Shown here in pieces: positions 39,993-49,210 of a DNA stretch of 64,000 nucleotides. The position numbers and the translations under genes are program-made. Every line of letters starts with the position of its first letter. Within the stretch, counting starts at the first letter, position 1. Location of the stretch: contig OZ244170.1 in NCBI GenBank assembly GCA_965216565.1, positions 3,936,001-4,000,000 on the forward strand. The letters are read 5' to 3'. The notes under the pieces are model-generated. The model searched no databases. It worked only from the letters and a program-made list of their open reading frames with translations, and had not been told where the DNA came from. Origin of the DNA: Bythopirellula sp. GTDB lineage: Bacteria; Planctomycetota; Planctomycetia; Pirellulales; Lacipirellulaceae.

Positions 39993-40038
39993 GGTGATTC
40001 AAACCTCCGCTTACTTTTTGTAATTCTGTCAATTATGC

Positions 40039-40533
40039 CTAAGCAACACCGACTGGTGCATCGATGCCATAGGTTAGTAGTTTTGCTTGTTGTTTTTGAA
40101 GTTCGATCATCCGTTGATCAAGTTCGGCTTGCCGTGGGTCGGTATCGCCCAAATTGTAACGTTCCAGAACCAGACGACCGCTCACCGAAATGCGATCTTC
40201 CACCTCGCCAGTAAAGCGAAAGTGGGTCAATCGATCATCACTCTTGGTTTGCTGCACTTTGATGACTAACTGGTGTCCAGGTGTCACAAAGTCGGCATAC
40301 TTGATCGCACGTGCTTCTTGGAGCACGACAATGTTGTGGGCAAAATCTTCACTGAGCCGAATCAGCCAGGCACACGACTGCGTGGCGGCCTCGAGCATGA
40401 ATACTCCAGGTAGCACCGGAAACTCGGGAAAGTGATCCCCCAGATACTCCTCGGCAAGCGAAACATTCTTGACCGCTGTCAATTCAGTGTCGGGCTCATA
40501 GGAGCAAATCCGATCCAGAAGGCAGAATCGCAT
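40039..40533 (-). CDS. FabZ-like 3-hydroxyacyl-ACP dehydratase
   Basis: FCLLDRI, AVKNVS..EEYLGDHFP..PVLPGVFMLEAATQ (catalytic His/Glu), VTPG. Confidence 0.85.
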   Translation of the reverse strand: MRFCLLDRICSYEPDTELTAVKNVSLAEEYLGDHFPEFPVLPGVFMLEAATQSCAWLIRLSEDFAHNIVVLQEARAIKYADFVTPGHQLVIKVQQTKSDDRLTHFRFTGEVEDRISVSGRLVLERYNLGDTDPRQAELDQRMIELQKQQAKLLTYGIDAPVGVA

Positions 40534-40601
40534 AGGCGGTTTCCAAACAGCGGCGAGTAGCTGTGGTAGATTGGGTGGGATGGCAAAATGGCAAACACGC
40601 G

Positions 40602-40630
40602 ATTATAGCCCTCGGCGCCCCCAGCCACAA
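40602..40630 (-). promoter_or_regulatory. Sigma70-type promoter for the fabZ-acp-fabZ-fabF cluster
   Basis: Minus strand TTGTGG-N17-TATAAT, about 70 nt upstream of ATG 40533. Confidence 0.5.
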
Positions 40631-40648
40631 CGGTTCCAATCCTCGAAA

Positions 40649-40692
40649 TATAGTGAATTGAGAGCTAGGGTTATAGTGAAATAGGAGCTAGG
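40649..40692. repeat. 21-bp imperfect direct repeat (period 23)
   Basis: TATAGTGAA-TTGA-GAGCTAGG (40649-40669) and TATAGTGAA-ATAG-GAGCTAGG (40672-40692). Confidence 0.65.
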
Positions 40693-40770
40693 ACGACGGC
40701 CCAGAGGCTAAGGATTGGGGAAGAGAATCGGACCGCAACAGTCACTCCGTATCGCTCACTTCAGTGGAGC

Positions 40771-42384
40771 TTACTTGACTGAAAGGTCCAGCCGCCGCAG
40801 TTCGTCCTTGGCCCGCAGCACAATCGGGCGAAGCTCCAGGTTCTTGTCGTAAAGCTCGACGAGGCCCTCCAATACGATTCTCGCTTCCATCAGGTTCCCC
40901 GAGTCGATCAAGCCTGTAGCGTGAGCAAGCTTCTCTTCCAAAAATTCTAGCTGCGAACCTTCTTCCCCCTGGCTTTCCTCGATGCGGTCCATCTGACGTC
41001 GGGCCAGTGCTACGAACGCCTGGTCGTACTTGTCGTCGCTAGCCTTAAAAAGGTTGACTAGCGCTTTGTACTTGTCCCAGGCTGAAAACCGATCGCCAAA
41101 ACGCTCTAGGCTCCTCGCCTCGCCAAACTGCCGCTCGGCTTCCGAGTCGGGGGCACGCCGAAGTCGTTCGTTTTTGTTGAGCCGCTTTTCAGCTCGATTG
41201 ATAGCTACTTTGTTGTCAAACTCTTCCAATTCGTCGGCATACTTGCTTTCTGGAAATCGCTCCCGGAACGACTCTAAATAGAGTTCCTCGGCACGCGTCC
41301 AATCGAGGGAACTATCCGACTCCATCAAAGGTTTGGCATAGGAGAACAGTGCGTCTTCCGTTGGCGGCCAAAGGATCCAGGCTCCCACTCCAATTACGGC
41401 TATCAAGCTCAAGGCAAGAAACCAAACACGCTCGTAAAAAGGACTCGTGTCGCGTTTCTTAGTTCGTCGTTTTTTGAGTCGCTTGACTTCGGCACGATCC
41501 TGGGCGACGGCGAGCGTCCCTTTTTGGCCCGAAAACGCCTGCTGCGTGGCCCCTGCCCCGCTGGCAACCTTGCGTTTGGCATTCACGATGGCCCGGTGCG
41601 TTTCTTCTGCCGAGGTGAAGCGATTCTTTCGTTTCACCTGCAACAGTTTTTCCACCAAAACATCAAGCCACACCGGGCAGTCGAGTACGTGGGTCGATAC
41701 GCGTGGGACGGGGGTATCTCGCCGCGTCATGACGAGCTCACTCGGAGAATTGGCGTTCCAAGGCAATTCGCCCGTCAAACACTCATAGAGAATGACACCC
41801 AGGCTAAACAGATCTCCCTGCGGGGACGATGCCGACTGTTTGCCTTTGAAGACCTCCGGAGATATATAGTGAGCAATCTCCATGGGGCAACGCAAACCCA
41901 GGACGTCGTCCCGATCTGCCCATGAGCAGTCAAAGCCAGTCAGTTTGGCTTGATCCGTGTCGGTAAATAGAATCCGCGTGGGCGTGAGTCGCTGGTGAAC
42001 GATCCCCCGTGCATGGGCGTGGTGTAGCGCAACGCAGATTTCATCGGCTAGGTCGACAGTCACTTCCCAGGGCAGACGGCCACGACGGTCGAGCCGCTTG
42101 CGGAGCGATTCTCCCTCGACCAACTCCAGGGCGAGATAGGGTTGGCCATTTTCAATGGCACCACCGTAGTAGCGAACGATGCCAGGGTGTTGCATTTTTT
42201 GCAGTGTCTTAAAGTCGTCTGCAAAAGTGCTACCGCGCATGGGGCGGTTGACTATGTCTTTAGATAGCAATTTGACGGCCATCGTCAGTTGTCGTTCGAC
42301 ATGAATCCCCCGCAGAATATTGCCCTCCGACTCGCCGTCGAGCGTTTCTTCAAGGGCAAATGGGCCGATGCGCGTTAGCTGCAT
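40771..42384 (-). CDS. Membrane-anchored Hanks-type Ser/Thr kinase-fold protein, probable pseudokinase
   Basis: MAVK, HPGIV, YISPE and DLFSLGVILYECLTG retained; Gly loop, alphaC Glu, HRD and DFG degenerate; one TM helix and a helical extracytoplasmic domain. Confidence 0.85.
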   Translation of the reverse strand: MQLTRIGPFALEETLDGESEGNILRGIHVERQLTMAVKLLSKDIVNRPMRGSTFADDFKTLQKMQHPGIVRYYGGAIENGQPYLALELVEGESLRKRLDRRGRLPWEVTVDLADEICVALHHAHARGIVHQRLTPTRILFTDTDQAKLTGFDCSWADRDDVLGLRCPMEIAHYISPEVFKGKQSASSPQGDLFSLGVILYECLTGELPWNANSPSELVMTRRDTPVPRVSTHVLDCPVWLDVLVEKLLQVKRKNRFTSAEETHRAIVNAKRKVASGAGATQQAFSGQKGTLAVAQDRAEVKRLKKRRTKKRDTSPFYERVWFLALSLIAVIGVGAWILWPPTEDALFSYAKPLMESDSSLDWTRAEELYLESFRERFPESKYADELEEFDNKVAINRAEKRLNKNERLRRAPDSEAERQFGEARSLERFGDRFSAWDKYKALVNLFKASDDKYDQAFVALARRQMDRIEESQGEEGSQLEFLEEKLAHATGLIDSGNLMEARIVLEGLVELYDKNLELRPIVLRAKDELRRLDLSVK

Positions 42385-42539
42385 AATCGGAGGCAGGGAG
42401 CATGAGGTAACCGAAGCCGTGGCAAGGCAGTAGCCTTACCCTTTCTATTGTAGTCCGATGGGCTACCGGAGCAATTCGAGTTACACAGTCCTCAGATTTG
42501 GCTAAGGAATGGTTAGATTCAAATCTCACGCCTAGGCAT

Positions 42540-43169
42540 TTAGGCCGTAGGTTGCTCGGCCGGTTGTGCCGGAGCTTGCGGTTTGGGTGATGGCTCGGGC
42601 TTGCCATTGACGATTTTGTCGTGGCCAACGCGTTCCTCGACAAGACGGAGGATTTCGTCAGTAGTAGGCCGCTCGTAGATAAAATCGTCGAGCGTGAATT
42701 TCTTCTCATTGCCATCCGCTTCATAGTGGAGCTTGGCGATTCCCTTCTTGTCCCACTTCTTCTTATCGATCTTGGTGATCTTATCGAGCGGTACTTCCTC
42801 ACCACGACTGCTGCGGAGTTGCTTGTCGTCGAGTTCAATCCAGCGTCCGAGGGAACGGAGCACATTGATCAAGACTAACAGTCCGGGAATGCCAGCGATG
42901 CCAACCATATAGAACTGGACTTGAATGTCAGCGTCGCTTTTGGGCTCGCCGGGATCGTAAGGTTCCCAACCGTTCTCAGCAGCAACCTCGGGCCAACGCT
43001 CCAGTTCTTCCACCACTTCCAGATCTGCATAAGCCTCGGCACGCGCTTGCTGTTCCGGGTAGGCATACTTTCCGTCGTAGTAGGACCAACCGGCGAACCC
43101 GAGCAGGACTAACGCTACGGCTGAGAGCCGCAGAAGATGTTTCTTGCTAATGTCTGTACGCAATGCCAT
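42540..43169 (-). CDS. Hypothetical membrane protein (2 TM plus soluble C-terminal domain)
   Basis: 209-aa ORF, WSYYDG..YP motif, two hydrophobic helices. Confidence 0.75.
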   Translation of the reverse strand: MALRTDISKKHLLRLSAVALVLLGFAGWSYYDGKYAYPEQQARAEAYADLEVVEELERWPEVAAENGWEPYDPGEPKSDADIQVQFYMVGIAGIPGLLVLINVLRSLGRWIELDDKQLRSSRGEEVPLDKITKIDKKKWDKKGIAKLHYEADGNEKKFTLDDFIYERPTTDEILRLVEERVGHDKIVNGKPEPSPKPQAPAQPAEQPTA

Positions 43170-43521
43170 AAAGTGCCCCCAGCAGATACGAATCCAGCCA
43201 CGAAAGCTTTAGTAGTTTTGGAAGAGCCGCCTTGCTCTGTGGAAACTTGTGCAGAGTTATTCAACCTAGCAAACAAGTCTCTATTATGGAATGAGAAAGC
43301 GAGAATAGAAACTCTCAAACGGTGACGAAACGTGTCACCGGAAGTCATTAGCCTCCATTTAGCCGCATAGCTGCTGTAACCGGGCTAGTCGCTATTAGCG
43401 TGTACTCCGGGCAAACTAAACAGTTTTTCCCTTATATGGAGAACCGCCGGAGCCTTCTGAGACGCTCGCAGAGATGTAATTTGCTGGCAATCGGATTTTC
43501 GGGATGAGAAAATAGGAGTTA

Positions 43522-44409
43522 ATGACTCCTTCAATTCAATACGTGCGAACAGCTCTTCTTGGATGCATGGCGATGCTATTTTCGTCTGCTCATGCCCTTG
43601 CGGAAGTCAGCGTGCAGACCGGTGATGGCCGTGCATTTTCCGGCCAGGTAGATAGCCGTACTTCCGATCAGGCTTTGTGGCTTCGTCACGAAGAGGAAGG
43701 CATCATTCTCACAAGTCGTGTCAGCTGGAACGATATCTCCTCGGCTGAGGTCGATGGCAAGTCAGTTGAGATTGATGAGCTATCCGATGGCGCAAACGAA
43801 TTGATATCGGTGCCAGACGCGGGTCTGCTGGTCGAATTTGGTCCACTCCCGCGTTTGATCCCACCCGCCCCACCGGCTCAGCGACGGGGGCGAATTACCA
43901 GCCTGGAGGTTGATGCAAGATTGGTGAATCTGGATCGCACCGCCGAACCCGATGGCTACGAGATTGTGATCGCTGCGATCGATGCCTACGGCCACGAAGT
44001 TCCCGTGCGTGGCAATTTGTACGTGCGGCTGCAAGGTGAACGCAACGAGCACTATTCCGGCAGAATTCGGTTTGAGAACCTTCAGCAGTGGAGTCAGCCA
44101 GTCTCTGAACACGACTTCGTCGACGGACTGGCGATCTATGCCTTGCGATTCCGTCGCGGCTTTGGACCGGAGTTCGATGACGAGCTCCGACCGGACGCTC
44201 AACTCAATGTGCGGCTGGGTGTTTTTGGCGAGGGCAACTACTCCGCGACCGTCCCTGTGCCACTTTGGGAGTTCAGTCCCTTCAAAGACAGACTCCAGAT
44301 GTTCGAAGGTAGCCGATTCTTCCGAGACGAAATCACGCATCGCACGCGGCACCTAAGTACAGATCCACCGGGAATCTATCGTCGGGTGTGGCGAAATCAG
44401 AGACGTTAG
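43522..44409 (+). CDS. Hypothetical secreted protein
   Basis: AGGAG RBS, signal peptide ending AHALA, two beta-rich regions joined by a Pro-rich linker. Confidence 0.75.
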   Translation: MTPSIQYVRTALLGCMAMLFSSAHALAEVSVQTGDGRAFSGQVDSRTSDQALWLRHEEEGIILTSRVSWNDISSAEVDGKSVEIDELSDGANELISVPDAGLLVEFGPLPRLIPPAPPAQRRGRITSLEVDARLVNLDRTAEPDGYEIVIAAIDAYGHEVPVRGNLYVRLQGERNEHYSGRIRFENLQQWSQPVSEHDFVDGLAIYALRFRRGFGPEFDDELRPDAQLNVRLGVFGEGNYSATVPVPLWEFSPFKDRLQMFEGSRFFRDEITHRTRHLSTDPPGIYRRVWRNQRR

Positions 44410-44579
44410 GTCTCGTCGGTAGAAGCTTGCTCGCCGTCGGGAGCTCGACGATCCTCGCCACTGCGGCGTTCTGTCTGAGGCGGCGTAGAATCCGCTTGCT
44501 GCGATTCTTGTCGACGCTCTTTCTCACGCTTCTCGAGAAGGGAGTTCAAATCATCCGGTACATTCAATCGATCTACCAT
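44406..44579 (-). CDS. 57-aa Arg-rich small protein, last gene of the pilus operon (not in ORF track)
   Basis: MVDRLNVPDDLNSLLEKREKERRQESQQADSTPPQTERRSGEDRRAPDGEQASTDET; starts 18 nt after the secretin stop and fills the gap to the convergent gene, with overlapping stop codons. Confidence 0.7.
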   Translation of the reverse strand: MVDRLNVPDDLNSLLEKREKERRQESQQADSTPPQTERRSGEDRRAPDGEQASTDET

Positions 44580-44597
44580 GGTATCAACTGCTCAGAT

Positions 44598-46343
44598 TTA
44601 GTTGGTGGGGTTCGGAGCAACTACGGAATGCTCGTGACTTGGCGTGGCTTCGAAGGGAAATCCATAGGGTGAGTAGGAGGCTGGATAACAGCCGGTGTCC
44701 TCGGCCGTTGGCGGCAGACGGTGCAATAATCCATATCTGGGGCGGCGTGGATTACGAAAGGTATCTGGCAAACGTGCTTCGTAGGGACGGGGATTAATAT
44801 CCAAAGCTCCCCTCGTCAGTGGTTCCAATGTACGCATTAGCTTGTGCGATTCGCGTTCGTTGATAATCGGTGTATAAGGCTGAATATGAGGTACGAGTGT
44901 GACAATGATTTCAGAGCGTTTCTTCTCGATGACACGTCGTTGGAAAATAACACCTACATAAGGCAGGTCGCCCAGCCAGGGGATCTTGGTTTGGATGTTA
45001 CTGTCTTGCTCTTGGATCAAACCACCAATCACCATGCCCTGGCCGTCGGAGAGGATAATATCGGTCTCCACTTCGGTCGTTTCTTCGGAGGGCAAACCTG
45101 TCTCGGGACTCACCTGGCCGGTGGACACTTCTGGCTTGATCCGCATCAATACGCGACCGTCGCGCGTGATGCGTGGAGTAACAGTTAGTACAACACCAAC
45201 ATCTAGAAACTGTATTTCCTCAAGTGTGCTTGTCTGTGTTGTGGTAACCACACGAAAGCCAAGTTGTTCGCCCACTTGCATGCGTGCTTGCTGACCACTA
45301 ACAGCGAGAACTTTGGGTGAAGCGAGCGTCTTGGCATCGGTTGTGTTTTGGAGGAGTTCTACCAAGCTTTGGATCGCACCACCGGTCGCTTCCAGAAAGA
45401 AAGCGGAAGTATTGGCTGAATTGGCGAGACCCACTGTGCGGAGGTTGAAGTCGTTTCCAGAAGCCGAGACACTGAGGGCATCGAGGTTCACGCCGCTGCG
45501 GCAATCGCTATCTAGTTCGATCTGCAGGATGTTGGCTTCGATCAGCACCTGCCGCGGCGGTTGATCGGCTTGGCAAACGTAGTCTTGAATTTGGGCCATG
45601 TTGCCCGGATAGTCGACGACGACGACTGCTTCGCGTGTGCGTCGGTTATCGCTGGAAGAGGTTTCTAATACCCATGATTTGCCACCTGGGGATAGCAACC
45701 CTTTGACTGCTTGATCGATGTCTGCGGCCGATGCAAAGTCGAGTTCTAGGACTTCAACGTGACGACCCCCTGCACTTGGCGAAAACGAATCGGCATTTTC
45801 CATGCTGGTGATCATGATAACGCCATTGGTGCTCGTCCAAGTGTGACCGGACGCCGAGAGTAATGCGTCAAGCACCTGTTGCCAGGGAACACGATCGAAA
45901 GACGCCGTAACAGGCGTTTCCGCAGTCGCGGCAAAGACGAGGTTTAGGTTCTGTGTCTCGGCTATCAGGCCGACAACTTGCCGGAGCGAAGCATCACGTA
46001 CCATCAAAGAAATGTCTCCCTCGTGGTGTTCGATGACCGCATCCCCCAACTGCTCGGGAGTTACCAGTGGAATGACTTGTTGATCAGCTGGTTTTGGTGG
46101 TTGCACCTGCACTGGCAGCGCTTCACCGACGGCATTTCCTAAGGTGTTTCTCAGCGTGTCGACGACCGAACTGGGCGAGAATCCCGAAGATCCCGCGGTA
46201 TTTGTCGCAACCGGAGAAGATTGTGCCTGAGAGTTTGGCGGCGGTAACACAGGTTGAGCGGTGGCTGGAGAAACGCACGAAAGCTCGAGGCATAGTAAGA
46301 GCGCCAACCAAACTCGGCATCGTGCCGATGGTTCCCGCCTCAT
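44598..46343 (-). CDS. Secretin (PilQ/GspD family)
   Basis: Signal peptide; N domains; DQPPRQVLIEANI, LASPKV, VGVVLTVTPRI, VIGGLI, KIPWLGDLPYVGVIF. Start could also be 46373. Confidence 0.92.
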   Translation of the reverse strand: MRREPSARCRVWLALLLCLELSCVSPATAQPVLPPPNSQAQSSPVATNTAGSSGFSPSSVVDTLRNTLGNAVGEALPVQVQPPKPADQQVIPLVTPEQLGDAVIEHHEGDISLMVRDASLRQVVGLIAETQNLNLVFAATAETPVTASFDRVPWQQVLDALLSASGHTWTSTNGVIMITSMENADSFSPSAGGRHVEVLELDFASAADIDQAVKGLLSPGGKSWVLETSSSDNRRTREAVVVVDYPGNMAQIQDYVCQADQPPRQVLIEANILQIELDSDCRSGVNLDALSVSASGNDFNLRTVGLANSANTSAFFLEATGGAIQSLVELLQNTTDAKTLASPKVLAVSGQQARMQVGEQLGFRVVTTTQTSTLEEIQFLDVGVVLTVTPRITRDGRVLMRIKPEVSTGQVSPETGLPSEETTEVETDIILSDGQGMVIGGLIQEQDSNIQTKIPWLGDLPYVGVIFQRRVIEKKRSEIIVTLVPHIQPYTPIINERESHKLMRTLEPLTRGALDINPRPYEARLPDTFRNPRRPRYGLLHRLPPTAEDTGCYPASYSPYGFPFEATPSHEHSVVAPNPTN

Positions 46344-46393
46344 GCTTCCTTGCACTGAGTTTACTTGCCGCATGTATTGCTCACGAACCTCGT

Positions 46394-46936
46394 TTAGCGT
46401 GATTTCGATTTAGTTAAAATCACACCTTGCGAAGTAATGTTGCTCACTTCATAGCCATCAATCTTGTCTCCAACTCGAACATGAGTGTCGCCGACTTTGG
46501 CAATTCGCTCTGAACCTGTAATCAAAACAATGCCGGTGCCCTCGTCTTGCATCTCATCTAATTGCAGATCGTGCTCAGTTTCTGCGACGATGTTCGAGTT
46601 CTCTCTTTGCACTTCCACTTCTAAAATGTTCTTGTACCAATCCGGCGTCGAAAGAGGATCAAGGCGAACGATTTGCTCGGTACTGAATTGAGGCCACTCA
46701 CGTTCAGCCCGCTTATCAGCCTCTTCCTTGAGTCTTCCTTCTTGTGTTTGGATACTTACATCTAGGTCTGAGCTTGACGTGCCGTTAGGCTCACTTGCTG
46801 CCACAGGTGATGGCCCATGCTGCGAGTCTGGTAGCTGCACGACGATCACAATGGCCAACACAGCCACCAGCACGCCAATAAGTGCTAGCTGCGAGCGCGT
46901 AACTCCAGCCTTATTCTGCTTCTTCTTGATCGTCAT
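46394..46936 (-). CDS. Bitopic accessory protein in PilP/GspC position
   Basis: Basic N-terminus, one TM, C-terminal VRVGDKIDGYEVSNITSQGVIL beta motif typical of PilP/GspC-HR folds; lies between pilO and secretin. Confidence 0.6.
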   Translation of the reverse strand: MTIKKKQNKAGVTRSQLALIGVLVAVLAIVIVVQLPDSQHGPSPVAASEPNGTSSSDLDVSIQTQEGRLKEEADKRAEREWPQFSTEQIVRLDPLSTPDWYKNILEVEVQRENSNIVAETEHDLQLDEMQDEGTGIVLITGSERIAKVGDTHVRVGDKIDGYEVSNITSQGVILTKSKSR

Positions 46937-46953
46937 TTTTATCGCTCTAACTG

Positions 46954-47535
46954 TTACGTCTTATTGGAATCGGTCAGGATGCGGTCATAATATACCGTCA
47001 ATGTTGCTAGCATCTTGTGTTCTTGGCCTTCTTCACTGTTGCTCACGGTCAATTGGGTAACGTCGGCAATCCATCTAGACTCGGAGAGGCCCTCTAAGAA
47101 CAAACACATGCTTGCATAACTGCCGGTGCAGTGTAGCTGCACATCGCTTTGACGATGGGTCGCTACCAAGGTTGGCTTTTCCATGGTGAGCTGTGAAATT
47201 TCCAGTCCACTGACCGCCGCAATGCTGTGAAGCGTTTTTGTAAGTTCCTCACCGTTCAATGGTTGGGAAAGTCGAGTGCGAATCTTCTCGCCTTTGGCAT
47301 CTAGTTTTGCTACATCTTTTTGTAGTTGGTGATGCAGTATGCTAACGGGTCCCGAACGTTGCAGAAAATTTGCCAACTGTTCGATGCGCTGCAAATCAGA
47401 AGCTTGCTGGTCCTGCACCGTGCCATATGCGAAGTAGTAGTAGGAACCAACGGCAATTGCCAAAAGAGCAAGACCGATGCCATGCAACACCAGCCCCAGC
47501 GAGACAGGTCGATTGTTGTGTGTGCTGTTCTTCAT
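46954..47535 (-). CDS. pilO: PilO-like alignment protein
   Basis: TM + coiled coil + CTGSYASMCLFLEGL ferredoxin-like core; synteny. Confidence 0.75.
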   Translation of the reverse strand: MKNSTHNNRPVSLGLVLHGIGLALLAIAVGSYYYFAYGTVQDQQASDLQRIEQLANFLQRSGPVSILHHQLQKDVAKLDAKGEKIRTRLSQPLNGEELTKTLHSIAAVSGLEISQLTMEKPTLVATHRQSDVQLHCTGSYASMCLFLEGLSESRWIADVTQLTVSNSEEGQEHKMLATLTVYYDRILTDSNKT

Positions 47536-47551
47536 TTCCGTTTACTTGGTG

Positions 47552-48121
47552 TTACAGGACGCAATCGATGCGAAAGGACTGCATCGGTTGCCGATTGACG
47601 ACGATCGTCTCGGTGTTGCGAACTTGGATATCTGCAAATGGCATCGAAGATCGGAGCTGTTGTACGAATAGCCCGACGGCGCTGGTGTCGATGCCAATTC
47701 CTGACACAGACATCTGCTCTTCCGGGGGATTGGAGGCCAGCGGACCTTGCTGGCGATAGGTAATGTCTTCGAGAAATACCCGGCCATGAGTCGCCTCAGC
47801 GGCACTGCCTACGATAGCCAAGAGAGTAGATGCCGGCGTATCTGTCGAAATCGCAAGCTCAAGCTCGTAATCTGTTCGGGTGGTAGAGATCCGACTGGTG
47901 AGTTTTGTGATCTCCGCCTTGGCTGCTCGGACAGGAGTGTATTGTGCTTCGAGCGCTTCCAGTTGGATTCTGTCGTTGCGGGCTGGCCACCAAATAGTAG
48001 CACCATGCACTGCAAGTGCGATAATCGTAAGGGCAAGGATCTTTGACCACTGGCCGAGCCGAGTGTGATAACACTGCCGATCGAGTGCCCGTTGACTCAT
48101 TAAATTGACGTAGGTATTCAT
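47552..48121 (-). CDS. pilN: PilN-like alignment protein
   Basis: N-terminal VNLM (INLLP-like) motif, TM, coiled coil, VSGIG...VGLFVQQL; ATGA overlap with pilM. Confidence 0.75.
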   Translation of the reverse strand: MNTYVNLMSQRALDRQCYHTRLGQWSKILALTIIALAVHGATIWWPARNDRIQLEALEAQYTPVRAAKAEITKLTSRISTTRTDYELELAISTDTPASTLLAIVGSAAEATHGRVFLEDITYRQQGPLASNPPEEQMSVSGIGIDTSAVGLFVQQLRSSMPFADIQVRNTETIVVNRQPMQSFRIDCVL

Positions 48122-49188
48122 CGTTTCTCCCACGCTAGAGCGGAAAGAGCAATTGCCGGGCCCAGTAAATGGGTCCAGTTGGCATCCACCAAGTTGTCGG
48201 TCTGTTGCCCGTTGCCGAACTGCCAACGTCGATGTTCCAGACCAAGTCTTTCGGTTAGCAGCGGCGCGATTCCATTGACGGCCGATCCGCCCCCAAACAT
48301 AAAGACGCCTTGGGGAATAATCTGGCGTCGCTGGGTTTGCAGATGCGACATAGTCCGCTGGATTTCGAATTCCAGCTTTTCGATTGGGCCAGAAATCGAA
48401 TCCAAGATCACTTGAGCTCGTTGGTCGCGGTTCGCTGTCGAGAGATCATGTTCTTCTAGTAGTTGCACTGCTTGTTTCTCATCGATGTCGAGTTCCGAGG
48501 TGATCGACTGTAGAACCTGCTTGAATCCACAATTCTTGAGAGGCCGAACATAAACGGGACGTCGGTTATGCACGATACAAACAGTTGCCTGGGTGTATCC
48601 CCAGTCGAGAGCGGCCCAGGTTTCCTTGCTCTTGCGAGGCAGTACCATCGATACTGCTCTGGCGAGAGCCAGTGGAGCACCGTCGATCGTTCGGCAATTC
48701 CAGCCCAGGCTCGATATTTCTTGGGCCAGATTGTCTGTCCATATTTGGGGTGCAGAGATGATGTTCGTCTTTAAGGGCGATGTGCCTTTCTCGGGTGTCT
48801 CCGCATGCCAAGCGGCACATTGCAAGTGCGCCGCTGGTTGGCAGGTTGCTGCTTCGACCAATTGTCGAAGTTTGCCTTGGCGGTTGGCTGCAGTGTCTAA
48901 TGCCCCGTCGACTTGATGTGTTCGACAGATACTCATTGGGAGAGCCGCAGCAACGTTCTTTCCCAGGAGATCGCGGCGTAAATCTGCGGCGGTGGCCATT
49001 TCTTCACTCGATCCGATGTACTTGCCCGAATCTGCTGATGTGAAGTCCCAGCCCATAGTGCGGGGAACAATGGCCGCTGCTGCAAGTTCCCAGCGCTTGT
49101 TCGACTGAACCACCTGCGCAACCTTCACGTGCGACGTGCCAACGTCGATACCGATCCAACCAGTTTTTTTTCGCTGAATTCCTAGCAT
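48118..49188 (-). CDS. pilM: PilM-like actin-fold protein
   Basis: IGIDVGTSHVKVAQ, ALDWG, MFGGGS. Confidence 0.85.
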   Translation of the reverse strand: MLGIQRKKTGWIGIDVGTSHVKVAQVVQSNKRWELAAAAIVPRTMGWDFTSADSGKYIGSSEEMATAADLRRDLLGKNVAAALPMSICRTHQVDGALDTAANRQGKLRQLVEAATCQPAAHLQCAAWHAETPEKGTSPLKTNIISAPQIWTDNLAQEISSLGWNCRTIDGAPLALARAVSMVLPRKSKETWAALDWGYTQATVCIVHNRRPVYVRPLKNCGFKQVLQSITSELDIDEKQAVQLLEEHDLSTANRDQRAQVILDSISGPIEKLEFEIQRTMSHLQTQRRQIIPQGVFMFGGGSAVNGIAPLLTERLGLEHRRWQFGNGQQTDNLVDANWTHLLGPAIALSALAWEKR

Positions 49189-49210
49189 GACAATCTCGTT
49201 GGTAGGTCCC

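Noticed and set aside
42393..42403. GCAGGGAGCAT, identical to a GGA motif at 61657-61667
   Set aside because: Lies on the plus strand, antisense to the pseudokinase leader, with no evident plus-strand transcript; probably chance.
43375..43404. TGTAACC-N17-CGTGTA, a possible ECF sigma promoter before 43522
   Set aside because: Short degenerate match that cannot be separated from background without a cognate sigma motif.
44388..44672. 94-aa plus-strand hydrophobic/Arg ORF
   Set aside because: In-register antisense of the 57-aa minus ORF and overlaps both flanking genes; the minus ORF fits the operon.
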